A DNA stretch of 64,000 bases from the human T2T-CHM13v2.0 reference genome, Homo sapiens. How positions within the stretch are numbered: the first letter of the stretch is position 1; each line of letters begins with the position of its first letter. Below, piece after piece: positions 1-14,208 of the stretch. A program made the position numbers and the translations under genes. Under the pieces are notes generated by a model. That model was not told where the DNA came from, searched no databases, and saw only the letters and a program-made list of their open reading frames with translations. The stretch lies in the NCBI RefSeq assembly GCF_009914755.1, contig NC_060941.1; one strand, 5' to 3'.

Positions 1-94
1 TTAGCCAGGATGGTCTCAATCTCCTGACCTCGTGATCTGCCCGCCTCGGCCTCCCAAAGTGCTGGGAGTACAGGTGTGAGCCACCGCGCCCAAC
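1..94 (-). mobile_element. Alu (AluY-like), partial at window edge
   Basis: Reverse-complement Alu left arm (GATGGTCTC..CTCGTGATC..CCCAAAGTGCTGGG). Confidence 0.9.
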
Positions 95-950
95 GCGTGT
101 CCCCACTTAACCTTAGTTTCCTTGTCCATGAAATGAGTATGTTGTCCTAAGTCAGGGCCGGTAAATCAATTTCTAGTTTGGCCCTCTGAGGAATTATGTT
201 GCGGTGGGGTCTAAGTGCATGTCCGAGCTCAATGGGAGACGGCATCATGCTCAGGTTGGGATATTTGGCAGGGGCATGGGATTAGGAGTGGTGGCCCCTC
301 TGGAGGCTCATCTTCAGCCCTCTGGGACCACAAAATTCACCACAACTTCTAAGTCCCCTCTAATGCCAACCCTCAAAGCAGAACACCACTAGGCCCAAGC
401 TCTGATCCTGCTTCCAGGGACAGTGACACATCCCATCAAGTCTCAAATGCCCATGCTCAAACCCCCAGCACCCAAATATTGAGGCTAGAAAGTCACATGA
501 TTCTTTTGAACTCAAATTCCCTATTGCTTCAAAGGCTCTACAGTCACCACCCCACTTTGCTCCCACTGAGCCCTGGGGCATCTTGATACTCTGTCTCTCC
601 TCGGATTCTGCTTTGCTCCTTGTCTTAACCAAAACTTGAATGTCCCCCAAAGACAATTTCTCCTGCCACCTCTCAACCCGTGTAGCTCCTTCTCTCATTT
701 CCTATGCCTAGGTGGATGGGAGTCCTCCTCAGCCCCCATCACAACATCTAGACCATCGCCCCTCCCCAGCCCCTTTGCAAACCCTGCTCCCCTTATGTGC
801 CCCAAAATACCACGCCTCCTCTCCTCCTGGCTGTCTTCTACAGCCTCCCAGTCATTCCCCTTAGTGACAGAAGATTTAACGCTTCTGGCTCCCAGCCTCC
901 CCCTCTACCCCAGCTCTGTTATTCTCAGAACGTTCTACCTCTGAATGCCT

Positions 951-1287
951 TCTTTGTTTTTTATTTGGTTGGTTTGGTTTTTGTTTTTTGAAACAGGGTC
1001 TCAAAACTTTGTCGCCCAGGCTGTAACGTAGTGGTGCAATCACAGCTCACTGCAGCCTCAACCTCCCAGGCTCAAGTGATCCTCCCACCTCAGCCCTCAG
1101 CCTCCCAAGTAGCTGGGACTACAAGTGCTCCACCACACTTGGCTAATTTGTAAGTTTTTAAATTTTTTGTAGAGATGGGGTCTCACTATGTTGCCCAGGT
1201 GAGTTTCAAACTCCTGGGCTCATGCAATCCTCCCTTCACAACCTCCCAAACTGCTGGGATTACAAGTGTGAGCCACTGCATCCAGCC
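951..1287 (-). mobile_element. AluJ-like element
   Basis: Diverged dimeric Alu with T-rich tail on + strand. Confidence 0.85.
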
Positions 1288-1339
1288 TCTGAATGCTTGC
1301 CACCTACCCTATGGTCACCACCCACATCTGGATTTATTT

Positions 1340-1950
<611 letters not shown>

Positions 1951-2650
1951 CCTGGAGTCTGCATTCAACAGAAATCCCAACCTCCAAACTTAAGAATTGA
2001 GAATCCTACTGACTATGCCTACAGCTTGCTTAAATGCCCCGTGGAAAAAATGCCTCAGGTTCATCAGGTGTTGATTGGACATCATTGGCTTCCTCTTAAC
2101 CCCAAGCATTCAGGGGCTAAAATGAAGTATCTCTTGCATAAAATGAAGTGTCTCTCTTGCCTTCACAAAACAAATGTAACTTCACCTAGATATTCTTTTT
2201 TCCTAAACCAAACCTACCACCAGGAATGTGAGGTCAAGGTGTGGTTCAGGATTCCTTTCCAGAATTGAGGGAGGAATCCCCACCCAGAATTCTGATGACT
2301 CAAATGCTACCAAGATATGTGGTAGGCAATTGGCAGTAGGTAGGTAAGTATTCATCTTTCATCCTGTTGAGTCTTGACAAATAATCCCACCAATGGACAA
2401 ACTCTGAAAGTTATGTCCTCTGAAAGGATATAAGCAATGCCTGCCAACAGGTTCCCTCCTGGTTTAGGGGTTTAAGGCCATCATTCTCAGGACTCTAGGT
2501 TAACTCAAGTAAGAAGAGCTTTCTTAACCCAAAGACTCTCTCTAGCAGTTTCTGGCTAAAGAAGCTATCCAAGCGTTTTTGCTAAGCCAAAACAGCCTTT
2601 CATTTGTCTCTTCAAAAATCTCACTGGATTTTTTTCCTCATTTGTGTCTC

Positions 2651-2661
2651 TGCTGAGTCAC
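2651..2661 (-). promoter_or_regulatory. Perfect antioxidant response element (NRF2/sMAF) GTGACTCAGCA; extra AP-1 core TGACTCA at 2296-2302
   Basis: TGCTGAGTCAC on + strand matches the RTGACTCAGCA consensus exactly. Confidence 0.6.
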
Positions 2662-4838
2662 ACAGAGCTATGATTCACAAACACAGGTAATATTTGTCCA
2701 CCAGACTTCAAGACAAATCAGCCCATCAGACTGAGAAAAATAAAAATAATATCATAAACTGATCGTAACCCTGAATTTGATTGATTTATGGGACTGTACT
2801 TTATTGAGATTGTGTCCTTCCTCCTTTTCTGGAATTAAAGGTCTTATCTTTTCTGAAATAATAGTAATGAGTGTAGGATTGGGAATGTCCGGAAGAGTGA
2901 CATCTAAGTCAGTCCTCCAAATTCACTTTGCAATTTTTCTCGTAAAATCTCAAAGTCTGAGAACCACTGAGCTGGAAGTCGCATCACTCCTCTAGAAACC
3001 AGCCCAGAATTTTACTGGCTTACCTGGAGGTGCAGGCCCAATGAACTTTCTGGTTTGGGGTCACTATCAGCAAACTGGTCTCCAGCCCTGTCTTTCTCCT
3101 AAAAGAAGAAGATGGCCTCTTGGATCACTTTGGTAATTAATTACCACTAACAAAGGAACGAAATAAAGGTGAGACAAACAGCAGATTACAGACACTAAGG
3201 GCCGTTGCTCCTAGTCTCAGAACACGATTGTTGTAATGACGGCTCCTCCGCAAGAAGGAGGGGCTGTCCCAGGGCACTGCGTGTACCTTCCCTTCACAAA
3301 GACAGGAGGACACACCAGTTGGTACAGAGACGAGATTGCCAGCTCAGTACCTGGCACACAGCCTGAAGGACCCCACTACTGGATGAAGAAAACACCGAAG
3401 TCAGCTTCAACTATGCCCTTAGCGACGGACATCTGCCAGCTAAGGAGGTGCACCACGGTCATTTCTTCCCTAAGTCTCCGAAGGTCTAGTCCTGGGCTGT
3501 TCTAGGGTTCTCTTTTGTCTTCCAGTGAGGTGTGGCTGTGGTGCACGGGCACCGCTTTGATCACTTCTCAGACCACCCAAGCTTACGGGGCCAGAATTAG
3601 CAGCTAGACCACCTAGAAACCTACTTGGGGGAGTCTGCAATGCCCTGGAAATGGAGAGCTCAAGAATTTGACCACATCTCAAATGACTCTCAGTAAATTC
3701 CAGACACAAGGGCGTGACATTTTATGCGGCACATAGCACATTTGAACTATGCTTTGTTGAATCTCCATATCAACCTCTGTAATAACTCTAACATTGGTAT
3801 GAAACCCAAATAATCACACAAATCTAACTCTAGTTACCTTTATGGCTTATGCCTAAAAATGTCAAAACAACCTACACATAATAAATGAAGTAAATCTTTA
3901 AAAAATCTGTAACAAATGTTCTCTTGCCCTGGGACAGGAGATGGTTTCCCAGGCCGGCTCCCCTGAGGCCCTGAGCCAATTGTTGTTTCAGCACTGCTGG
4001 TTTTCTAGAACTTGGGCAGCTGTCCAGCTCCCAGTCAAAATGGGCACCTCTAATCTTGCTATTTGCTGGGATACCACACATTCCAGGGAGCCGCACTCAC
4101 CTTCAAAAAGGGCAGACTTATCTCAGGCCAGGTGTGAATGCCTCCAGGGCACTGAGAAGCAGCTCAGCAAGGCCAATGGCCAGGGCAGGGCAGGCCGGGC
4201 TTGCTGGGCAGGAGCACACAGGTAGGTAAGCGAACAGACACCTTCAGGTAGCAACAAGTTACAGGGTGAGGGTGAGGGTCCTCTTGTTTTTACTAGTGAG
4301 ATATAGCCCTTCAGTGTTGGAAAGAATCTCAGAAAACCATCCCCTCCACCCTTCACCTTCCCAATATTTACTCAGAGGTTTGTTTTTTCTTTTTTTAAAC
4401 AATAAGTAAGGACCACAGACCTAGACCCCTCAACAAAGGAAGGAAAAAGCATTGTTCATTCAAGGGCCAAAAAATGTGCCCCTCCCTCGATTGCTGTGGC
4501 CAGGGCCAGAGGACAATGAGCCGGTTCCTCTATAAACAACATAGTCTGCCTCAGCCAAGTCCGCTAGGGATGGCTTATGTCTCAGCAGCCACTGAAGCTC
4601 AATTCTTCATTCCACTTCCCCTAGGACACTCATTTGCTCAAATGGTTTTGATTTCCACCTCACTGCTGAAAACCAGATGGTTAAACACTCCATATTTCTA
4701 TACCCCTGATTGTCTGCATGGAGGAAGCCTAACATCTGTACGTGGGTTTCCTGGGATGAGAGGCAGCCCTCCTCCAATCATGGTGCATAGACTCAGGAAG
4801 CAAACAAAGCAACAAGAATGCTCGAAAGAATACAGAGG

Positions 4839-5229
<391 letters not shown>

Positions 5230-8200
5230 TTAATCAGAAGACCTGGTAAATGGTAGATGTTATGGAGGGCTCCCAATATGGTCAGAAAGAAAATCTGGAG
5301 TTAGAAGTGTCAAGTGGTCAGAGTCCTGATCCCAGCACCTTTTAGCTGTGTGACCTTTGTAAGTAGCTTACCTCTCTGAATCTGTTTCCTCCTCTAAAAT
5401 GGGGATGTAGTATCTGCTCCAATAAACTTACAACAACCTTACAAAAACCTTACAGTTTGTGAGAAAATGAAAGTGAACACATCATGCAAATGCAAAGGAA
5501 CTTGTATGCTAATCTTATGGGTACAAACACAGCAGGATTTGAGGAGGTGAAGGCTCCTTCCAGCGAGTTCTCTTAAGCTGTGAGACAAGGAGCTGGCCAA
5601 GGATCACCCTCCTCTCTCTAAAATGTAAGAAACCCCAACTTCCCCAGAAGCCTGTCACATTTATAGGCAACATTCATATTTCGCAGCTCCTTTCCCTGTG
5701 TACTAAGCAAGGGTCTCGGATCTGCCCAACCCCTCCTCTCAGTGTTTCTTGGAGTCCCTGGGGCACTGTCTTCCACTGGGCACCTTCTTTTCCTATCATT
5801 GCTGCCTCTGATGCCCTGCAGTCCAAATGGTGCCCAGGTTGCCTGGTAATGAAGTATAATATATTGTTTGTTAGATGAAGCCCAGAGCAAGGATGCTTAG
5901 TACAATGTGTCCCTCTAATGTTACTGAAACTGCTCATTCTCTTTACTCAGAGCGCCTTTTCTCCCTTAAGCTCCATGACGCCATGGAAGCTGGCTTGAGA
6001 GCAGCTCCTAGTGACAGATTCTGGCCTATTTAGACCCACTTTCCCACTCTGACCCTGAAATTCTGAGGTGTAGCTAAGCTTATAATTAACTCCTTCTCTC
6101 AGGATGCATTTTCCATTAGGAGGCCCCTGCTGGGGTGCCCCACAAGTGAACTACACAGGCCCAGGCATCTGAATCCCAAACTCAAGCTCCGTTCTAAATA
6201 CCTCCTGGAAGAACATAGCTTTTTGTTTTTTCTTCCACAGTTTGGAAAACATGACCCTCCGACATCCATGCACTCCAGCTCCCAGGATGGGCTCTGTTTA
6301 TCTGCACCAGACTTGGTTACTGCAGCCTGTCGGCCAGTGGTGACTGCTTCAGGGATAAAGAAGTCTTTGCAAATTTAAGTTGATGATATATGGAAAGAAC
6401 ACTGATGGCGTTTCCTTGGCTCTTAAAAGAGATATTTGTAAAACCGGCCTCTTTCCCCATGAGGAGTCAGAAATGGGGACTCCCAATGATGGAGTCAGAA
6501 TTTAAATGCACACTTGTGACTCCAAAGCTTAAAAAGCTACTGTGGGGGACCTTCTTGTGGATCCTGGGATAGGAAGTGGCTGCTCCTGAGTCCCTCCAGT
6601 TTTCTTGAGTCCCAGATTCCTTAACACAACTTCACTGGGCTTTCTTTAAACTTCTTAGTTGATACTCACCCATTTCTTCTACTATTTACACACAATGCAC
6701 ACATTCTATTTTGAATCTCCTGGTTTTCCATTCTTAAATTTCATCTTTCCTGTAGTTGGACCCGCAGAACATGCCAGCCTCAACTCCCAAAGAGCATTTC
6801 TAGCACAAAGCTATTATTTTCATTCATGTGTTGTCTCGAGCTTGAGAGCAGATCAGCCTTTGAAAGCTGCCACTGCTGCTGCCACCACCAGCACCATCAT
6901 AGCTGACTACACATTCTGTGCAGGGACTGTGCTAAGCAGGGAATACATTATCTACATGAGATACAGGGTTTTACAGATAAGAAAACAGTAACTTAATGAG
7001 ATTGGGTAACTGACCCAAACCCATACATCTGATATATAGTGGAGTCAGAATTCAAATGCACACTGGTGATTACAGGGCCAGAAGCGGTCTTGGTAGGCTA
7101 CATGAGGACGTTCTGGCTAATTCCAGGATAGGGCAGGGCTACTACTAGGTATCTTACAGTTGCTCAGAGGAGAGGGAGGTGGTGACTCACTAGCAGATTT
7201 GTGAGTTTCTTTAGACTTGGGCTGGTGGTGAAGAAGCTGGGCTGTGAACCCTCAGTTCCTAATTGACTGTCAGCTCTGTCTTCTCGGGAGCCTTCTCCTC
7301 CCCAAGAGAGGAGGACAAGGGCACAATACCCCCTCAGGAACTGGCATTTCTTCTTTCTCCTGAAACATCTTTCCTCATTTTAACTCTTTCCCAACCACCC
7401 AAGTGCCCTCTGGATACGTCCATTTGTCCCAGTCTGGCCTGGCCTGGCAGGTAACTTGGAAAATATTTGCACGTGCCACTCTCCTCTCCACTCAGGATCG
7501 CTTCATTCATTCATTATTTATTCTGCAGCCATTAGATGCTGAACACTAGATACTTATTTGTGGAGGTCACAAAATAAGTACAGAATATGACACACGCCCT
7601 GCCCATGAAGAGCACAGCTGCCAGTTCTATATTTACAATATCTCTGGAATTCCACCTTCCCTTCTAATTTGACTGATATTTCTGCTTCTCAGGCAGCAGC
7701 AGCCTTCTGGCAACCATGAGAACCAACGTGAGGACTAGGTCAGTAAGCCGAGGATAAAGAAACAGAAAAATGGAAAGAGCCCCAGTGACACTGTTGAGCT
7801 GTTAAACTATCTAAACTGCTTGTTTTCAGGCTTTAAATCATGTAAGATAACGTGTCCTTATTGCTGCAGCCGGAAGCATCCTAAATGGTACACTCTCTCC
7901 AGGTGGCAGGAAAGATGCCAAATAGCAGGCCCAAACTGTCTCCTTACAGCTTGGGGTCCAAAACTGGAAAGGACCTTGTCCCTACCAGTCTCCATACAAT
8001 GAATGCCATGAGAGAACTCTGGCTGATCCTGTTCACTCTGCTTGCCCACCCCGGGTCAATCCCATGTCTGGTCAGATGCAGTGCTGTCATCAGCCCAGGA
8101 TGCAGTATTGGGTTATGGGTCTCCCATGTGGCCACAATGGAGGGCACTGTGTTTGACTAAAACCACACATGGTGTGTACAGGCCCCATGGTGAATACAGA

Positions 8201-8639
8201 CAGACCACAGCAAACCATCTGCTAAAATGGGGTTTAAAAATGAAGTTAACACTTGGTTCCGAGATCCATCTATGAAAGCAAAACAGGTTCTAGGAGCCAG
8301 ATGTGGCAGCGGTTGTATGGCAGAAAGGGTGGTACAGGTGGATTTCATACATTGATACTTAAAAAGGGAGAAAAGGGCAAGAAATCCATTTTAAGGTTGA
8401 AGAAGCAGCACAGATGATCCCATCTTCTCTTCTAGGGCAGAGAAGCAGGCACAGGTGAAACTCAAAACAGAGCACGTAGCAGGACTGGACGTAGCCTTAG
8501 GGAACCTAGGCTTGGGTTAAGCTGAAAAAGTATGAATCTATTCAGCACCAGGTTTGGCCACAACTGGTTAGAGAATTTGTAAAGCACAGAAGACGGGGAC
8601 AGTAAATATGAGAGCTGGAGGAGAGTGAAAGTAATGAAA

Positions 8640-8725
8640 GCCAGTGGGCATGGTGGCTCACACCTGTAATCCCAGCATTCTAGGAGGCCGAGGTGGGCGG
8701 ATCACTTGAGGTCAGGAGTTTGAGT
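8640..8725 (+). mobile_element. Truncated Alu left arm
   Basis: GGTGGCTCACACCTGTAATCCCAGC...GAGGTCAGGAGTT, then similarity ends. Confidence 0.8.
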
Positions 8726-8916
8726 GACAACAAAGGTGGGCAAAACACTGATGTGATCCAGACAGAGACGACCTGTGGCCACAAGCGCCCTGTTCTGTTT
8801 AGATCTGCGCTCTCTTCCCAGCAGGATCCATCAACTCTAGCGTCTCAGAGCTAGACAGACTACGTCCTAGGAAAATGCGCCTCGGGGAGGCTTCCTGAGT
8901 GAAGTGGCTCCTGTCA

Positions 8917-9424
<508 letters not shown>

Positions 9425-9450
9425 TTAAGTAGTTTTAAAGAGGCTGTAGA

Positions 9451-9764
9451 GGCCGGGCGCAGTGGCTCATGCCTGTAATCCCAGCACTTTGGGAGGCTGC
9501 GGCGGGCAGATCACGAGGTCAGATCGAGACCATCCTGGCTAACCCAGTGAAACCCCATCTCTACTAAAAACACAAAAAATTAGCCAGGCATGGTGGTGGG
9601 TGCCTGTAGTCCCAGCTACTCAGGAGGCTGAGGCAGGAGAATGGCGTGAACCCGGAAGGCAGAGCTTGCCATGAGCCGAAATGGTGCCACTGCACTCCAG
9701 CCTAGGCGAGAGTGCAAGACTCTATCTAAAAAATAAAAAGAATAAAAAAAATAAAGAAAGAAAA
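9451..9764 (+). mobile_element. AluSc/Y
   Basis: Full dimer with degenerate A-tail. Confidence 0.95.
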
Positions 9765-9939
9765 CAACATAATGTATCGGGAAACCAGATAATGAATGGG
9801 TAACATTCAAGTGATAACACATTCTCCTGGCTGCCCACATCTCAGTGGCCATTACTTTTCAGTCCAATTTTCTTATTCCTCTTCCTCTGCCTGAAAAGGT
9901 GAGAGGCTCTTTGAAGCTCAACTCAAGATCACTTCTTCC

Positions 9940-11070
9940 CAACTTAGTCTCTCTTCCTAGATGAGCTCATCCATTCCTACGCCTTCAGTTACCACCTGTT
10001 TATGGCTCACAAATTGATGTCTCAGCTCAACTTTCAGACCTGTATATCCAACTACTTTCTAAGTATAAAGACTTGACTTTCTCACAGGCACCTTGAATCT
10101 AATGCATCCAAAATTAAATGTAAGGCCTCCCTAGATCCCAACACAACAAATTTAACCCTCCTCATGTTCTTTTCTCAGAGATTGCCACCAGCACCCAACT
10201 AGATTACAAATCAGAAACCCAGGGAGCATCCCTACCTCCTCTCTTTCCGTCACAACCCATGTCCATACCATCACCATTTTACATCTCACACATCTCCAAA
10301 CCCTTTACCCTTTATATTTCCACTGCTATTACTAGAGTCCAAGCCATCATTGTCTCTCGCCTGGATTATGGCAATAGGCTCCACACTAGAATTCCTACAT
10401 CTACTCATTGCTTTTGCCAATCCATTCTCCATTCTGCATCCAGAGAAAGCTTTTCATTTATGTATTTATTTATTTTTATTTTTTAGAGATAGGGTCTCAC
10501 TGTATTGCCCAAGTTAGACTCGAACTCCTGCTCTCAAGTGATCCTTTTGCCTTGGCCTCCCAAAGTGTTGGGATTATAAGCGTGAGCCACTGCACCCACC
10601 CTCAGAGAAAGCTTTTTAAAAAAATCAACTTTACTGAGGTATACTTTACATGCAATAAAATTCACCTATTTTAAGCATCCAGGTGAATGAGTTTTGACAA
10701 ATAACTCCATTCTGGTAACCACCACCCAATCAAGATAGAGAATATTGGCAGCACCCAGGAAGCTCCCTCATGCCCTTTTATTCAATCTTTCTACCATGCC
10801 TGGTTCCAGGCAACGAAGAATCTGAGTTTTATCATTATAAATTAGTTTTGCTTGTGCTGGAACTTCATATAAATGGAAATGTATAGTAGGCACTATTGTG
10901 TCTGGCTTATTTCACTCAATAAAACATCTATGAGATTCATCCATGTCATGGTGCGTATCAGTAGCCTGTTGTTTTCACTGCTGAGTAGCATTCCATGCTA
11001 TGTCTGTAACCAAGCGTGTTCATCCATTACCCTGCTGATGAGCATTTGGGTTTGTTCTACATTTGGGCTA
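9940..11070. mobile_element. L2 fragment, FLAM/Alu monomer (~10455-10600, - strand) and L1ME fragment
   Basis: L2-type pyrimidine-rich motifs (CAAGCCATCATTGTCTCTCGCCTGGATTA); Alu monomer; L1M 3' motifs. Confidence 0.6.
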
Positions 11071-11316
11071 TTTGGTATTATCTTTACCCCATCCTTTTAC
11101 CAGCCTACCTGGCTCTTGATATTTAAAATGCATCTCTTACGGGCATCGTGTAAGAAAGTCTTGTTTTTTATTCAGTCTAATAATCTCTGCCTTGGGGGGG
11201 TGGTGGATGGAGCAGAACTAATAGGCTTATGAATGGGATAAGTCTAAAAGCATAAAGTATTTGTAGAGTCTTGCCTTCCTTCATCTTACATAAACTCCAG
11301 ATACCTGCTGTTACCC

Positions 11317-11760
11317 AGTGGTTCTAAAAGCAAGATCTATGGACCCTTGATGCTTCACTGAGACCCTTTCAGGGATGTGTGAGGTCAAAACTATTTTCAT
11401 GATAACACTTGAGTATTCTTTGCTATTTTCACCATATTGTCATTTGCGCAATGATGCAGGAGCAATAGTGAGTAAAATTGCTGAGGCCTCAGCACATATC
11501 AAAGCAGTGGCACCAAACTGTGCTAGCAGTCATTGTACTTTTCCACACACTCAAAAATTGAAAATAAATTTTAAAAAAAGCCAGTTTCATTTAAGAATGT
11601 ACTTGATAACAACAGTAAAAATTATTAATTTCATTATATCTCAACTCTCGAGTACATGACTTTATAACATTCTAAGTAACAAAATAGGACTTCTGATTGT
11701 TTTCCAGCAAAAATGTACACGTGCAATTGTGTAAGATGCAAGCAGAAGTAGCTTTTTTTT
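11317..11760 (+). mobile_element. hAT-Charlie1-like DNA transposon fragment
   Basis: CAGTGGTTCT terminus and GAGACCCTTTCAGGG..GAGGTCAAAACTATTTTCAT motif. Confidence 0.65.
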
Positions 11761-13949
11761 TCCCCCAGAGAGAATATTTATCAATTAACTTCCTGATACA
11801 CATCTATGATACTTTCTTCTTCCTATATGTTTTGGTTGACTTCTCTTCGAATGCTTCTTCATCTAAGAATTCCATCATTTCTATGGAAAGAATAAATTCT
11901 CTACCATGGTAGATCAAACTCTTTTTTAAAGAGTTCCTATATACCCCACACCCAATAGGGGTACATAAGACCCTTCAATCTTTCTACCACAGGGGTACAC
12001 AACACCTCTACTGTTAACATCTTACGTTACTCTATGATAGTTTGTCAAAATTAATGAACTAATATTGATACATTATTAACTGACGTCCATACTTACTCAG
12101 ATTTTCTTTTTTTTTTTTCTAGTGTCCTTTGTATGTCCCAGGATCCCGCCGGGACACTGTTCCACTCTCAACCCCACAGTAGCCACTATCTTATAACCCT
12201 TGAGTGATCTCACCTAGCTCATGTTCAGCTTGCCTCTCAACCTTCGGCTTACAAGGGACCTATCCATGTACTCGTGTACGCTCTTATACAACTCCCTCCT
12301 CTCTGTATCTCACCCCGCACGATCTATCTGCTTCCGCTGCTCTGAACCCTGATTTCCACATCCTCCACTCCGTGGGACCACTGTGCTCTACATGGACTCC
12401 AGCTATCTGTGCCATGGTTGGAAGTAGTTCTAAGACAGAAAGTTGGGTGATCATGGGGTTCACCTCATGAGTTTCCCTCTGTCTGGGATCAGTAGTTCTG
12501 TGCTACCTATTGTTCACTGCCTGAAAATAGTTGTCTCATCTATTTTGTCATGTTGTATAGCAGTTTATGGTGGGAGGGCTAGCCTAGTACCAGTTACTCC
12601 ATCATAGCCAGAAGCAGAAATCCAAAGAAAGCTTCAAAAAATATAAGTCTGATCATGTCACTTCTCTGGTTAAAATCTTTCCATGGCTCTAAGAATAAAG
12701 ATCCAAATTTGAAAATGGCCCGTGGGGTCTTGTATGATCTGAGCCAAACCTGTGCTCCAGCGTCATTCCCCCTCCTCCTCAGGCCCTCGTTCCTTCCTTA
12801 GCCTCTGGCCTTCCTTCAGTCCCTTGCCGTTTTCTCCTGTCTCTAGGCTTTTGCACATGAAAACACACTTTTGCACATGAAAACACACCACCAAACATTC
12901 TTCCCATCCTTCTTCACCAACCAGCTACAAGCCACAATAAATAAAACACTGTGAAACTAGCACAGCATTAGATGGAACACAGTCCAAAAACAGATTCATA
13001 TACGTATATATTTCAACTCAGTGAGAAAGGGAGGAATTATTCAATAAGGACAGTTAGTTCAATTGGCTAGCTATGTTATCCTTAACTTATCCCATATTCA
13101 AAAAGAAACTTCAGACAAAGCATTAATAAGCAAAATGTATAAGGAACTACTCCAAATTGATAAAAAGAAAGCAACCCAATAAAAAGTGGAAAAAGGAAAT
13201 GAAAAGGCAATTCATGGAAGAACTACAAATAACTGATAAACATAGAAAAATAAACATAGGAAAAGACATTCAACATTATTAAGAATGAAATATAATAAAA
13301 TATATATTAAAAATAAAATCTTGATAGTATCCAATGTTTGGGAGAGAAAAAGGCACTCTGCTACACTGTTAGAGTATAAACTAGTACAGCCAATTCATCA
13401 ATATTTTAAATGTACTCTGACCCAGCTCTCACATTTCCAGGAATCTATCCTACAGAAATAGCGGCATGACCACTGAATTGCCTCTATCAGTAAAAAAAAC
13501 TGGAAAGAACCCAAATGCCCATTAATAAGAATATATAGAAATTATAGGACATCCATACATCAGAACACAATGCATCCATTTAAAAAAATGAGATACCTCT
13601 AAATTATTTTTAAAGATGTCTAAAGTATAATGTTGAAAGTTATAAGTGAGTTGAAAAACAAACAGTACACTACTAGTTATGCATGCATACATATACACGC
13701 ACAAGCAAAGAATCTAAAAAGATACACATCAATTCTAAAGGGTAGGATTTCAAGGGGGAACTCAGGAAGCCCTTTCTTTTACTTATACACTTCTACAGTA
13801 TACTATTTGATTCTGTCACAAAGAATATTTCACTTTTGTAATGTAAAAAATGTTTAAGTGTACTTTTTGAAAAAGAGAATAGATTCGCTATTACAATCAA
13901 CTGCTCACGGTGAACTACTGTAGTTTAACATTGCAGCAGGAGGCTGTAC

Positions 13950-13974
13950 CACCACCTCGTGGGGATATACTGCC
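13950..13974 (-). promoter_or_regulatory. Candidate CTCF site with upstream motif
   Basis: Minus strand reads GGCAGTATATCC-CCACGAGGTGGTG: core close to CCACNAGGTGGCG plus a TGCAGTA-like upstream module. Confidence 0.5.
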
Positions 13975-14004
13975 ACAGTAAATTGGTTATCTAAAAATTC
14001 CTGA

Positions 14005-14208
14005 ATCTCAGTGCTACTGCCCTTTTGGGTGGGACAATCCTTTTTTGTAGGGGCTGTCCCGTGCATTGTAGGATGATTAGCAGTATCCCTTGCCTCTATC
14101 CTCTAGGTGCCAGTAACACCCCCTCCCCCAATTGTGACAACCAAAACTCTCTCCAGACACTGGCAGTTGTCTCCTGGAGGGGGAAAATCTCCCCTGGTTG
14201 AGAACCAC
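14005..14208 (+). mobile_element. MER20 DNA transposon
   Basis: GTCCCGTGCATTGTAGGATG..TAGCAG..CCCTGGTTGAGAACCACT. Confidence 0.85.
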
